Source of the DNA: Planctopirus limnophila DSM 3776
GTDB lineage: Bacteria > Planctomycetota > Planctomycetia > Planctomycetales > Planctomycetaceae
Length of the DNA: 32,000 bases
Direction: 5' to 3'
Assembly (NCBI RefSeq): GCF_000092105.1
Contig: NC_014148.1
Location: 2,760,001 to 2,792,000, forward strand
Positions 14,164 to 23,338 of this stretch are shown here, piece by piece; position 1 is the stretch's first letter, and the number at the start of each line of letters is the position of its first letter. Position numbers and translations under genes: made by a program. Under the pieces are notes generated by a model, which was not told the origin of the DNA, ran no database searches, and was given only the letters and a program-made list of their open reading frames with translations.

Positions 14164-17127
14164 ATGGATGCACCGGGCCCGACATATTCGTTTCCTCAGG
14201 ACGATTTGCAATTACTCCGCAAATCGTGGTTGTGCCTTGCTGTCCTGATGGGATGGATGGGGGTTTCTCTGTCCGCTTATGCCGACTTTGCCGAAACGTT
14301 CGATAGCGAGCAGACGAGTTTCCGCATTCGTGTGGGTGGCACTCGCAGTCGAGTTTTGAATCATTCCCGCGAATCCAAGTCGGCACAGTCTGGTCTCCGA
14401 GGAGAAATGTTCCGCGTCGAGATCCTCGAAGATGGGAATGTCATTCAGGCAGAAATGCCAATTTCCAAGGGCCGTGCACTGGAGGGTGTCAGTGCCGAAA
14501 TTTTTCTGAAGTCCAATCGCCCGGGTGCAGTGCTGGCTCTCAAACTGATCTGTGCTTCGACCACCCATCCTGAAACAGGTCATCCACTGGAACTGATCAT
14601 CGAAGGAAACACCTATGTTTCCTCTGGCCAATGGCAAAAGCTCTCCTGCACGCTGACTGAAAAGAAGCTCGCGGAGAAAGTTCGCCCACTGCGTGCCAAA
14701 TACCGGCAACCAATTCCTCTGAGTGAGCTTGTCCTTCATTCCGTCATGCTCGCGATTCCTGCTGACAGAGGCCTCATCGATGTTTCACTTGATGAGTTGA
14801 AGGTCAGCCCTATTGTGCCAGTGGAAACTCAACCCCACACGTTAACCACGCCATCAGACATCGAGCAGGCCTCGCACGTTGATTTTCGCCTGGATCGTCT
14901 GGTCGTGGATGGCAAACCGATGATGCCGCGTTTTGTGCCGTGGCACAGCGAATCACCATCGGATTTGCGAAAGATGGGACTGAACCTGGTGTGGGCACCA
15001 GATTGGTCGGATATCGAATCACTGTCCGAACTCCGAAAAGCGGGACTCTGGGCCACAGCCACGCCGCCCAAACCCAAATCGGCCACAGGTGAAAACCTCC
15101 CTGCTGATGAGGCAGGTCTACCACCATTCTTACCAAACACTTCGCCAATCCTGTTCTGGAATCTGGGGACTCGAGTCACCAGCCAGGTTAAAGACGACCT
15201 TCTGAACTGGGTGGAACAGGTCCAGACAGCCGATCGCCAGTTCAATCGCCCGCTGTGTGCCGATGTGATTGGCGGGGAAAGGCTTTACTCCCGTTACATC
15301 GACATGCTCGGAATGAGTCGCCACGTCGTCCATTCTTCGATGAGCTTTACTGATTATCGCCGCTGGCTCATCGAGCAGAAATTGCGCGGACGCCCTGGAA
15401 CATTTGCCTGGACCTGGCTGCAAACGGAACCATCACCCAACTGGCGGAAATTCACGGCAAACCCTCTTCAGCCGGAGGGGAGTGGATTATCGACCGTCTC
15501 TGCAGAAGTCCCTACGGTCGATATCAGCCGGGGACAGAGCCCGACGAATATTCCTTTTGTGCATTATGTTGAACCTGAGCAGCTCCGATTGCAGGCCTGG
15601 ATTGCGGCCACCAGTGGCTATCGAGGTCTGGGCTTCTGGTCAACATCCCCCCTCACTGATGATTCTGTACTGAACCGTGAACGACGACTCGCCATGACGA
15701 TGTTGAATCTCGAGTTGGAATTGCTCGAGCCATGGCTGGCGACCAGTACTCCTTTTGCAGAAACCACATTCACAGTCGAGCGGCGTAACAGTTCCAGCCG
15801 GCGGGAAGGTCAATCGACGGCACCTAAGCCCTCCGAGAAAGACTCACAGGAATTGATTGCTGCCGTGCTGCGTACAGAATCTGGAACGCTCGTTGTTCCC
15901 ATGTGGCTCGAATCCAAATCGCAGTATGTTCCGGCCCAGCTCGCTGCCAACTCGGCAACCATTCTGGTTCCCGAAGGTAATGAAGCTGCCATGGCTTACG
16001 AGATCACTCCGACAGGGATTGACAGTCGTAAGCACCGCAGAGTTGCAGGTGGGTTGGAAGTGGTTCTCCCAAAGTTCGATCAGACTGCCGTCATACTCCT
16101 GACGTCTGACAGACAGTTGATTGCCCAGCTGGAACAGCGGGCGGCCATCTATCAGGCAGCTTATGCAGAAGCCTGCCTCGAATTGACGCGTTTGAAACTC
16201 GAACGTGTTCGGCTGGTTGATCAGGAATTGCAACAGATGGGAGTCGGCCAGGCAGACAGCCCGCAGCTTTTAGGTTCTGCCAGAATTTATTTCGAGCAGG
16301 CCGAATACGCTTTTCGAAATCAGGATTATCGCGGGACGCAAAACGCCTGTCAGGCCGCTTTACAGTTAACAAGAATCCTCCAGCGCGCCCATTGGGATGA
16401 GGCTGTCCGTAAAGGGAATTCACCATTAAGCAGCCCGTACAGTGTCTGCTTCCAGACGTTACCTTTGCACTGGAAACTGATTTCCCGCATGGGCAGATCT
16501 CATCTTTTTCAGGGAGAAAACCTGCTCAAATCGGGAGATTTTGAATCGCCTGACCAGTTGATTTCTGATGGCTGGACACACTGGCAGAACGATGTTCCCG
16601 GCTGGATGGCCTTGGCCGAACTTTGTCCCCAGGGGCAGGAGAGTCGCTATGCACTCCGTCTCGCCGCCTTTGAGCAATCGAAAGACGAAAAAACTCCTCC
16701 TGCTGATCAAATGCTGGATCACGAGCCACTTCTGACAATCCGCTCACCGGCCATTGAAGTTTCACCCGGTGACATTGTTTACATGAGTGGCAACATTTTG
16801 ATGACGAAGCCGATTGTCGGCCCTTGGGAAGGATTGACGATCACGGAAAGTCTTTCCGGCAAAGCGGGATACCATCGATTCCAGCCATCGCCCGCATGGC
16901 AACGATTTGAAATGGTGCGCCCCTGTACCGATGCTGGCCAATTGCAATGGATTCTGGAACTGGGTGGAAGTGGAGAAGTGCTGATCGACAACCTGCAGGT
17001 ACGCAAGCTGTCCCCGGCAGAGTCAGCGACTGGACATTCCAAACCCGAAGGAAGTGGGAATTCTCGTTTACGAGGTCTGATTCCTCGCTGGCCTGGACGC
17101 AGTAAAACACCAGCGAACATGCCATAA
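14164..17127 (+). CDS. large secreted hypothetical protein (987 aa) with N-terminal signal peptide
   Basis: Long ORF with the hydrophobic signal LCLAVLMGWMGVSLSAYADF. The N- and C-terminal segments are beta-rich and could be jelly-roll folds. The central region loosely resembles a glycoside-hydrolase TIM barrel. No family recognised with confidence. Confidence 0.8.
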   Translation: MDAPGPTYSFPQDDLQLLRKSWLCLAVLMGWMGVSLSAYADFAETFDSEQTSFRIRVGGTRSRVLNHSRESKSAQSGLRGEMFRVEILEDGNVIQAEMPISKGRALEGVSAEIFLKSNRPGAVLALKLICASTTHPETGHPLELIIEGNTYVSSGQWQKLSCTLTEKKLAEKVRPLRAKYRQPIPLSELVLHSVMLAIPADRGLIDVSLDELKVSPIVPVETQPHTLTTPSDIEQASHVDFRLDRLVVDGKPMMPRFVPWHSESPSDLRKMGLNLVWAPDWSDIESLSELRKAGLWATATPPKPKSATGENLPADEAGLPPFLPNTSPILFWNLGTRVTSQVKDDLLNWVEQVQTADRQFNRPLCADVIGGERLYSRYIDMLGMSRHVVHSSMSFTDYRRWLIEQKLRGRPGTFAWTWLQTEPSPNWRKFTANPLQPEGSGLSTVSAEVPTVDISRGQSPTNIPFVHYVEPEQLRLQAWIAATSGYRGLGFWSTSPLTDDSVLNRERRLAMTMLNLELELLEPWLATSTPFAETTFTVERRNSSSRREGQSTAPKPSEKDSQELIAAVLRTESGTLVVPMWLESKSQYVPAQLAANSATILVPEGNEAAMAYEITPTGIDSRKHRRVAGGLEVVLPKFDQTAVILLTSDRQLIAQLEQRAAIYQAAYAEACLELTRLKLERVRLVDQELQQMGVGQADSPQLLGSARIYFEQAEYAFRNQDYRGTQNACQAALQLTRILQRAHWDEAVRKGNSPLSSPYSVCFQTLPLHWKLISRMGRSHLFQGENLLKSGDFESPDQLISDGWTHWQNDVPGWMALAELCPQGQESRYALRLAAFEQSKDEKTPPADQMLDHEPLLTIRSPAIEVSPGDIVYMSGNILMTKPIVGPWEGLTITESLSGKAGYHRFQPSPAWQRFEMVRPCTDAGQLQWILELGGSGEVLIDNLQVRKLSPAESATGHSKPEGSGNSRLRGLIPRWPGRSKTPANMP

Positions 17128-17393
17128 GGCTGGATGTTGCTGCTCGCTGCAACGACAGACTTTCCTGCCCCAGGAAACCTGCTGGAGGTGAAAGTTGAAA
17201 AGTCTGCTCGACACTTCAACTTCAGATCAAAAGGCCGTACCATTCGCGTAGATTTTCTTGCAGGTAACGCCGCAATGTTGCGATATGCCTGAGGAACTTT
17301 CGCGTTCTGGCAGTGAAAACTGTCGATGATCCCAAGCCTGTCTTCGCTGGCTGTAGTGCCACCTGACACTTTTTCGAAAATGGAAAGCCCGAA

Positions 17394-18419
17394 ATGCCAA
17401 TTGCCACCCCTGCGCAGTACGCCCAAATGTTAGACGCCGCTCAGAAGGGCGGATATGCCTATCCCGCAGTGAACGTCTCGTCGATCGTCACGATCAACGC
17501 AGCACTCAAGGCATTTTCTGACAAGAAGTCTGACGGCATCATTCAGGTTTCCACAGGTGGTGGCCAGTTTGCGTCAGGTCAGAACGTCAAAGACATGGCA
17601 TTTGGAGCCATTGTTCTGGCAGAAGCGGCACACCGTCTCGCAGAAAAGCACAACGTGCTGGTGGCTCTCCATACGGATCATTGCCAGCCAGCGAAGGTTG
17701 AATCCTTCCTGAAGCCCTTGATTGCTGAAACAGCACGACGCCGCAAGGCAGGGCTGAACAATCTTTTCCAGTCTCACATGCTGGATGCTTCGGAGCTGCC
17801 ACTGGGCGAGAACATGGCTCTCTCCAAAGACCTGCTCAAGCTCTGCGTGGAGAATGAAATCATTCTCGAAGTCGAGGCTGGAGTGGTGGGTGGTGAAGAA
17901 GACGGGATTGATAACTCAGACCATCCTGCTGAGAAGCTCTACACCACCCCGGAAGACATGGTGGCTGTCCATGAATCTCTGAGTGGTATTGGTCGCTTCC
18001 TGTTTGCTGCCACCTTTGGAAACGTCCACGGCAGTTACAAGCCAGGGGCCGTCAAACTTCGACCAGATATCCTCAAGAATGGCCAGGATGCCGTGATGAA
18101 AAAGTATGGCGCATCGGCTGAATTCGATCTGGTGTTCCACGGTGGCTCTGGCACACCACTGGAAGAAATCCGTGAGACATTGGGCTATGGCGTGGTGAAG
18201 ATGAACATCGACACCGATACTCAGTACGCCTTCACACGTCCTATTGCCGACCATATGTTCAAGAACTATCTCGGTGTGCTCAAAGTCGATGGCGAAATTG
18301 GTGACAAGAAGCAGTACGACCCACGTGCTTATCTGAAGGGGGCCGAAGTCGGAATGGCTGCTCGTCTGGGCCAAGCTTGCGACGATCTCCTCAGCACCGG
18401 CAAAACCCTCCTCTCCTAA
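17394..18419 (+). CDS. fba: class II fructose-1,6-bisphosphate aldolase
   Basis: 341 aa: MPIATPAQYAQMLDAAQKGGYAYPAVNVSS...ALHTDHC...FHGGSG... This is the typical class II FBA layout and length. Confidence 0.92.
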   Translation: MPIATPAQYAQMLDAAQKGGYAYPAVNVSSIVTINAALKAFSDKKSDGIIQVSTGGGQFASGQNVKDMAFGAIVLAEAAHRLAEKHNVLVALHTDHCQPAKVESFLKPLIAETARRRKAGLNNLFQSHMLDASELPLGENMALSKDLLKLCVENEIILEVEAGVVGGEEDGIDNSDHPAEKLYTTPEDMVAVHESLSGIGRFLFAATFGNVHGSYKPGAVKLRPDILKNGQDAVMKKYGASAEFDLVFHGGSGTPLEEIRETLGYGVVKMNIDTDTQYAFTRPIADHMFKNYLGVLKVDGEIGDKKQYDPRAYLKGAEVGMAARLGQACDDLLSTGKTLLS

Positions 18420-18519
18420 CCGCTGTCGGGGTTTGTGGCGGCGTCTGGGGGTCAGTTATTGATCTTCGAATGGATCTTACGCCGCCAGTCGCTGCGTGTT
18501 GATTGGGTTTGAGATGATT

Positions 18520-18565
18520 GAAGCGGGGTGGTTTCTCTGAAGAGAAGCTTCCCCGCTTCTTTTTG
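18520..18565 (+). terminator. rho-independent terminator downstream of fba
   Basis: GAAGCGGGG (18520-18528), a structured loop with inner stem TTCTC/GAGAA, CCCCGCTTC (18551-18559), then TTTTTG. Confidence 0.7.
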
Positions 18566-18570
18566 TTTGA

Positions 18571-18738
18571 TCAAAGTAAAATGAAGTCGATGCAGGGGCC
18601 GGTGACGAGCGGGATGGTGAGATTGTCCAAACCGAGAGGCGACCAGGCTTCCATGGCGGCGATGACCACTCCCATTCCGCAGGCAATGGTGAGGATGGCC
18701 GGCAAGCCGAAAGTGACCGACTGTGTAGCTGAGGTCAA
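18571..18738 (-). CDS. possible small hydrophobic ORF or C-terminal remnant of a membrane protein
   Basis: The frame reads (L)TSATQSVTFGLPAILTIACGMGVVIAAMEAWSPLGLDNLTIPLVTGPCIDFILL, with C-rich third codon positions. The ATG-extended 85-aa N-terminus looks non-coding. From memory only, the ending resembles the C-terminus of phytol/dolichol-kinase-family proteins (..ESLP....DNLT.PL). I found no hydrophobic reading frame upstream. Confidence 0.3.
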   Translation of the reverse strand: MTSATQSVTFGLPAILTIACGMGVVIAAMEAWSPLGLDNLTIPLVTGPCIDFILL

Positions 18739-19035
18739 ACATCCTCTTTGGCCCCAGTTTCTTTGACTCTCATCAGTTAGTAACGAACATGCTTGAAAGT
18801 CATAAGTGCATGTCATAGCTGCCTGCATGCTGGCAGCATTACGGAACTCGCTGCAGATGAGGCCATCGGATCCCAGCCACAGTCCCTGACATCAAATGTG
18901 ACGTTCAAGTGGGTAAAGACCAAGCTCTGTCGCAGTGTTTTGATTTTTGGGCCTTCAGTGTCGTGCCATCCAAGGGTGTATGAAAGGTGGTGGCAGAGCA
19001 CGCGCATGTCGCAGCCTCTTGTCATAGCACAAAGT

Positions 19036-19085
19036 ACGATGACCCGGCGACAAGTTGGCCGGGTCACCCGTCGTTACTCTTTTTT
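19036..19085 (+). terminator. orphan intrinsic-terminator-like hairpin in a gene-poor gap
   Basis: TGACCCGGC (19040-19048), a 9-nt loop, GCCGGGTCA (19058-19066). An outer ACGA/TCGT extension follows, then a T6 run at 19080-19085. The T-tract is on the plus strand, but no plus-strand gene ends here. Confidence 0.45.
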
Positions 19086-19227
19086 GGGGGCGGGCTGTGA
19101 GGCCAAGTTGTGTGTAATGCAGGTCTCGAAGCCGCAAGCATGGCATACAAAGCACCCAGGACGTCGTCACACTCTGGGCTCTTTATCGAATGTCGTATGC
19201 TTGTTCTGGAACAGTCAGGTCAGACTG

Positions 19228-20571
19228 TTAGAAACCAAGGCCCGGCCCATTCATCGCGGCTGTCTGGATCACTCCATGTTTGACCGTAAAGACTTCTGGA
19301 TAGTCGCGAGCCCAGATTTTGTTGGCTGCTGGGCAATATTGACGACCATTTCCTTCGACAGCTTTGATGCCGGGTAAGTGAGCCGCCAGACTCGCCGAAT
19401 GCAGGAACGAAGCTCCCGGGCAGGTTAAATCCTGCACACACAAAAACATCCCAAACTTCTGTGCAGCCGCTGCGAGTAACAAGGATTCAGTCTGCCCCTT
19501 GCAAGCCTTGATGGCCACACCGGAATAACCGAGATCACGTGCAGCGACCAGAGCATCATAATCCACCAGTGATTCATCGATCACGACTGGCTTGAGTTTG
19601 GCCACCTCATGCATGGAAATCGCATGAGCTGCGAGATCGCGATGAGTCGGCTGCTCGATGTACTCGATCCGTTCATAAATGGCAGGGTGATCCGTCTTCA
19701 GAAAGTTGAGCAGAGAAAGCACAACATCAGCGGATTCGCACTGCTCGTTGAAATCGAGAGAGTAATGCCACTGTGTCTGTTGCGCAGTCGTCGTGGCCAC
19801 CTGATCGACACCTAAAATTCGTGCTCGATCCCACCCCGGATCATTCCCTCTGAGCTTGATTTTCAGATGAGTTAATTGATCCCGAACAATCCATTCACCC
19901 AGATATTCCGGCAGGCCATCTCCGATTTTCTGTGCCACATCACCAGCTGTCAGTGGATCGACTGCTCCCACGAGATGATAAAGTGCCAACGTTTCGGCAG
20001 GTATCCGCAAGGTGTACCTATCGAGATACTCACCCGCAAACGATTTATCGAGATACTCCGAAAGATCGAAGGTCATGTACTTTTTGGTGAGGACATCGTA
20101 ACTGCTCATCTGATGCATGCGACCAAAGGCATCATGGAGAGCCGCATCCAACGCACTGGCGGCTACCAGTTGAGCCAATGCGGGAAGGGCTTCTGGCATT
20201 TTATTCCGCACGGCTAAAGTTTTTGCCAGGTGGGGATATTCGCCAGCCAGATGATAAACCAGATCGATGGGGTGTCCTGCCTCCGTACAGATCTGAGCGA
20301 GATTGACGATTTCCTCAACGAAGAGCTTCATCGCTGCTTCGGTCTGATCGGGCGTGCAAACCGTCGATGGCCACGACCAAAGGTTTCCCAGGGGCATGCT
20401 TCCATACCCTTGTCCTTTGTGCTTCCCATCACGGGATTCGACGACCACATCGACATTCACCAGAACTGCAGTTTTCTGGACTCGATCACCGAATTTGAGA
20501 GGCGTTCGAAACGCAATCGGCTCAAAGGCGCAAGTTACGTCTTTTATCTGGAGGTCTGTCGCCTTCGCCAT
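19228..20571 (-). CDS. enolase-superfamily enzyme (mandelate racemase / muconate lactonizing enzyme family)
   Basis: About 447 aa from the ATG at 20571 (MAKATDLQIKDVTCAFEPIAFRTPLKFG...). The track ORF extends to GTG 20631. The C-terminal barrel region reads EQPTHRDL...VVIDESLVDYDALVAARDLGYSGVAIKACKGQTESLL..QDLTCPG. Substrate unknown. Confidence 0.75.
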   Translation of the reverse strand: MAKATDLQIKDVTCAFEPIAFRTPLKFGDRVQKTAVLVNVDVVVESRDGKHKGQGYGSMPLGNLWSWPSTVCTPDQTEAAMKLFVEEIVNLAQICTEAGHPIDLVYHLAGEYPHLAKTLAVRNKMPEALPALAQLVAASALDAALHDAFGRMHQMSSYDVLTKKYMTFDLSEYLDKSFAGEYLDRYTLRIPAETLALYHLVGAVDPLTAGDVAQKIGDGLPEYLGEWIVRDQLTHLKIKLRGNDPGWDRARILGVDQVATTTAQQTQWHYSLDFNEQCESADVVLSLLNFLKTDHPAIYERIEYIEQPTHRDLAAHAISMHEVAKLKPVVIDESLVDYDALVAARDLGYSGVAIKACKGQTESLLLAAAAQKFGMFLCVQDLTCPGASFLHSASLAAHLPGIKAVEGNGRQYCPAANKIWARDYPEVFTVKHGVIQTAAMNGPGLGF

Positions 20572-20752
20572 GCTCCCGTCTTTTCCCAACAAAGTTTTGT
20601 AAAACGTGGTAAAACGCTCTGCTGTCGCCACAGGAGTTTAATCCACTTCCGGCAATCAGGGCAAGAACACACCTTCCCATGCCTGTTCCAGAAAGTCAAA
20701 ATCTAAGCTGTAATAATCAGTTTCCCAATGACTGACTTCCCTGCGTGACTGG

Positions 20753-22087
20753 ATGAATTTTCTACCGAAAGTGCTGCTGAGCATGACTTCGATTTTCCTC
20801 GACAGACAATGCACAAGGCCGCTTTCCGTGCAAGTCTTCCGAAAAACCGGGTGCCTGCTGGCCCTGGTGGTGATGTTCAGTGGGTTATCCCTCGCTGCTC
20901 AAGAGCCAGAAATACAGCGTCCGGAATACTTCAACATCAAAGATTTGAACTTTGCCTTTGAGAAGCAATTACCACGAACAATGATTCTCACCGGACAATC
21001 TCTGCGAGACACACTCCTGAAGATTGTGGAGAACGAAAAATGGTCCTGCTGGATTGATCCGGAAATTGACGGGACTCGTCAGGTGGAACTTCAGGCCATT
21101 CAGATCACCACCTCGGAAGCGTTACAACAACTTGCACAAAAAACGGATCTGGGAATTCTCCGCATCGACACGATTGTTTATGTCAGCTCGCCAGAAAACA
21201 CGCCAGTCGTGGCGACGACAGCAGCACTACGTAAGCTGGAACTTCGTGCCAAACTGATCCACTGGCCTGCTCATCGCCAGCAAGCCTGGAAATCACGTCA
21301 CAGCCTCACCTGGGACAATCTGACAGCGATGTCAGAACTGATCGAAAAAGCCGAACAATTATGGGATGTGCGAATTGAAGGAGAAATTCCTCACGATCTT
21401 TTGCCCGCTGGTCAACTGACTAATGTGCTTCTGGCAGACGTTCTCTCGCTCATCGCTGCCAATTCCAACCAGACCTTTGACGTTTCCTCTTCGGGCGAGT
21501 CGTGCAGATTTCGTCCCCTGCAACCAGATGATCTAACAATCCGCGTTCAATTTCCTGATGTCCCACAGGAAAGGTTGCTGAAACTTGCTGCAGAATTGCC
21601 GCAACTCAAGATCGTGGATCAAAAACCCTTAGTAATCGTTACGGGAACTGAACCAGACTTGAGGCAGCTGTACTGGCTCACACGCAATAAAACAGAGAGT
21701 TCAACCACTGCCTCTCAACCGGCAAATTCGTCGCCGTCTCAGGGATTAACCACTGCCGTCGAGCCTGGGATTTCCCAGGGAAAAAAATCTTCCAAGAAAA
21801 AGCCTCCAGAGAATCCTGCTGGTCTTAATCCTGCTAAACTCAAAATCACACTCAAACCGACACAGACAACTCGACTGGCAGTCCTCGAACAACTCTCACA
21901 AAGTGGAATGGTCATCGAGTACAGCGAGAAAGATTTCATCGCTCAAGGACTACCACTGGATCAGAAGATCGATGTCGTGGCCGAGAACACTCCTTTGGAT
22001 GAGTTCGTCAAAGGCCTGTTCCCCATGGGTAAGATACGGCTTCAGGTCGAGGCGGGAAAACTCGTTCTGTCGCCCGTCATCCCATAG
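20753..22087 (+). CDS. hypothetical secreted/membrane-anchored protein (444 aa)
   Basis: Long ORF with an ATG start, the hydrophobic segment GCLLALVVMFSGLSLAAQEPE, and a Ser/Thr/Lys/Pro-rich linker near residues 320-360. No family recognised. Confidence 0.7.
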   Translation: MNFLPKVLLSMTSIFLDRQCTRPLSVQVFRKTGCLLALVVMFSGLSLAAQEPEIQRPEYFNIKDLNFAFEKQLPRTMILTGQSLRDTLLKIVENEKWSCWIDPEIDGTRQVELQAIQITTSEALQQLAQKTDLGILRIDTIVYVSSPENTPVVATTAALRKLELRAKLIHWPAHRQQAWKSRHSLTWDNLTAMSELIEKAEQLWDVRIEGEIPHDLLPAGQLTNVLLADVLSLIAANSNQTFDVSSSGESCRFRPLQPDDLTIRVQFPDVPQERLLKLAAELPQLKIVDQKPLVIVTGTEPDLRQLYWLTRNKTESSTTASQPANSSPSQGLTTAVEPGISQGKKSSKKKPPENPAGLNPAKLKITLKPTQTTRLAVLEQLSQSGMVIEYSEKDFIAQGLPLDQKIDVVAENTPLDEFVKGLFPMGKIRLQVEAGKLVLSPVIP

Positions 22088-22237
22088 CCCTGAAGTGAAA
22101 TACCCTCAGATCTGAGGATCATCTTTAATCCTGTTGATTTTCCAACCTCCCATTTTGTCAGAGATTGCGTTGTCTGTTAGGATCATGAGCTTCTGCCCGG
22201 CCTCTACCCTCATTTCGAAACAGAAACAACTTTCACC

Positions 22238-23254
22238 ATGTCCACGACCAGTTCGCCGACCGTTGTTGTCCATGCCGGTAAGTCGTTCTGGAAAAGCTGG
22301 GCTTTCCGTGGCATGGCGATCATTCTGGGGTTTTCCGTACTCCTCAACATGGGCCTGTATGCCACCTTTCGCGACTATTTTGCCCGCAGTCCGGAAGTCA
22401 GCGAGCGATTCCTTTCGGGAAACTCTTCCACAACGCAGCGGATTGCGGTATTGCGAGTCAGTGGCACGATCATGCCACCACTCACCGAACGCATCATTCG
22501 ACAGATTGAAGTCGCTGCCGAAGATGAACGCGTGAAAGGGGTGCTCCTGACGATTGACAGCCCAGGTGGGTTTGTTGCTGACAGCCACCAGATTTACCAC
22601 GCCCTCGAAAAACTCCGCGCGAAGAAGCCGATCAGTATTCAAATGAAGCGACTGGCAGCATCCGGCGGATACTACATCGCGATGGGTGCTGGCACCAAAG
22701 GGCAGATCTTTGCTGAACCAACGACCTGGACGGGTTCGATTGGTGTCATCATTCCCCGGTATGATATGAGCGAACTGGTGGAGAAGATTGGTGTCAGTTC
22801 GGATCCGCTGAAGACCGGGGAATTCAAAGACGCACTCAGTCCGTTTCATCCGCTGACAGAAGCTGAGCGAAAAGTCTGGGAAGAAATTCTCAATCAGTCT
22901 TTTGAACAATTCATCGAGCTGATTGACACCAACCGCGATACTCTCGACCGGGAACAGGCTCGAAAACTCGCCACCGGTCAGATTTATACGGCACGCGACG
23001 CGCGAGCCAACGGGATGATTGATGAAATTGGATTCGAAGAAGATGCCCTGGCGGCCCTGCAGAAATCGTTAAAGCTGGATCAAGTCCGCGTCGTCGAATA
23101 TCGCTCACAGCCGCAGCTTGTCGATCTATTACTCGGAAGCAGAACCGAGAATGTCACAGCCGCTCAATGGCAAGCTCTGGTCGACGCCACAACACCGAGA
23201 GCCATGTTCCTTTTCAGTTGGCTGCCAGGTTTGCCTCAATCTCCAGCTCTTTAA
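22238..23254 (+). CDS. sppA: signal peptide peptidase SppA (36K type, peptidase S49)
   Basis: 338 aa with an N-terminal TM segment, then IAVLRVSGTI...VKGVLLTIDSPGGFVADSHQIY...RLAASGGYYIAMGAG...TGSIGVI. Confidence 0.88.
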   Translation: MSTTSSPTVVVHAGKSFWKSWAFRGMAIILGFSVLLNMGLYATFRDYFARSPEVSERFLSGNSSTTQRIAVLRVSGTIMPPLTERIIRQIEVAAEDERVKGVLLTIDSPGGFVADSHQIYHALEKLRAKKPISIQMKRLAASGGYYIAMGAGTKGQIFAEPTTWTGSIGVIIPRYDMSELVEKIGVSSDPLKTGEFKDALSPFHPLTEAERKVWEEILNQSFEQFIELIDTNRDTLDREQARKLATGQIYTARDARANGMIDEIGFEEDALAALQKSLKLDQVRVVEYRSQPQLVDLLLGSRTENVTAAQWQALVDATTPRAMFLFSWLPGLPQSPAL

Positions 23255-23338
23255 GTATTTGTCTCAATTTTCCAGCTCATCCTCGACAGACCTTACATCC
23301 ACGATCAAGCACCATTCTATCACCAGGATCAGACCGCC

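Noticed and set aside
16779-17426. 215-aa minus-strand ORF bridging the end of the 987-aa gene and the start of fba
   Set aside because: It overlaps two supported plus-strand genes and has an Arg/Ser/Pro-rich off-frame composition.
22110-22130. Palindrome CCTCAGATCTGAGG between the 444-aa gene and sppA
   Set aside because: It is a zero-loop palindrome that cannot form a stable terminator hairpin, and no T-tract follows. Likely incidental.
22106-22909. 267-aa ORF antisense to sppA
   Set aside because: It is an antisense shadow of a well-supported gene, and its product has no family features.
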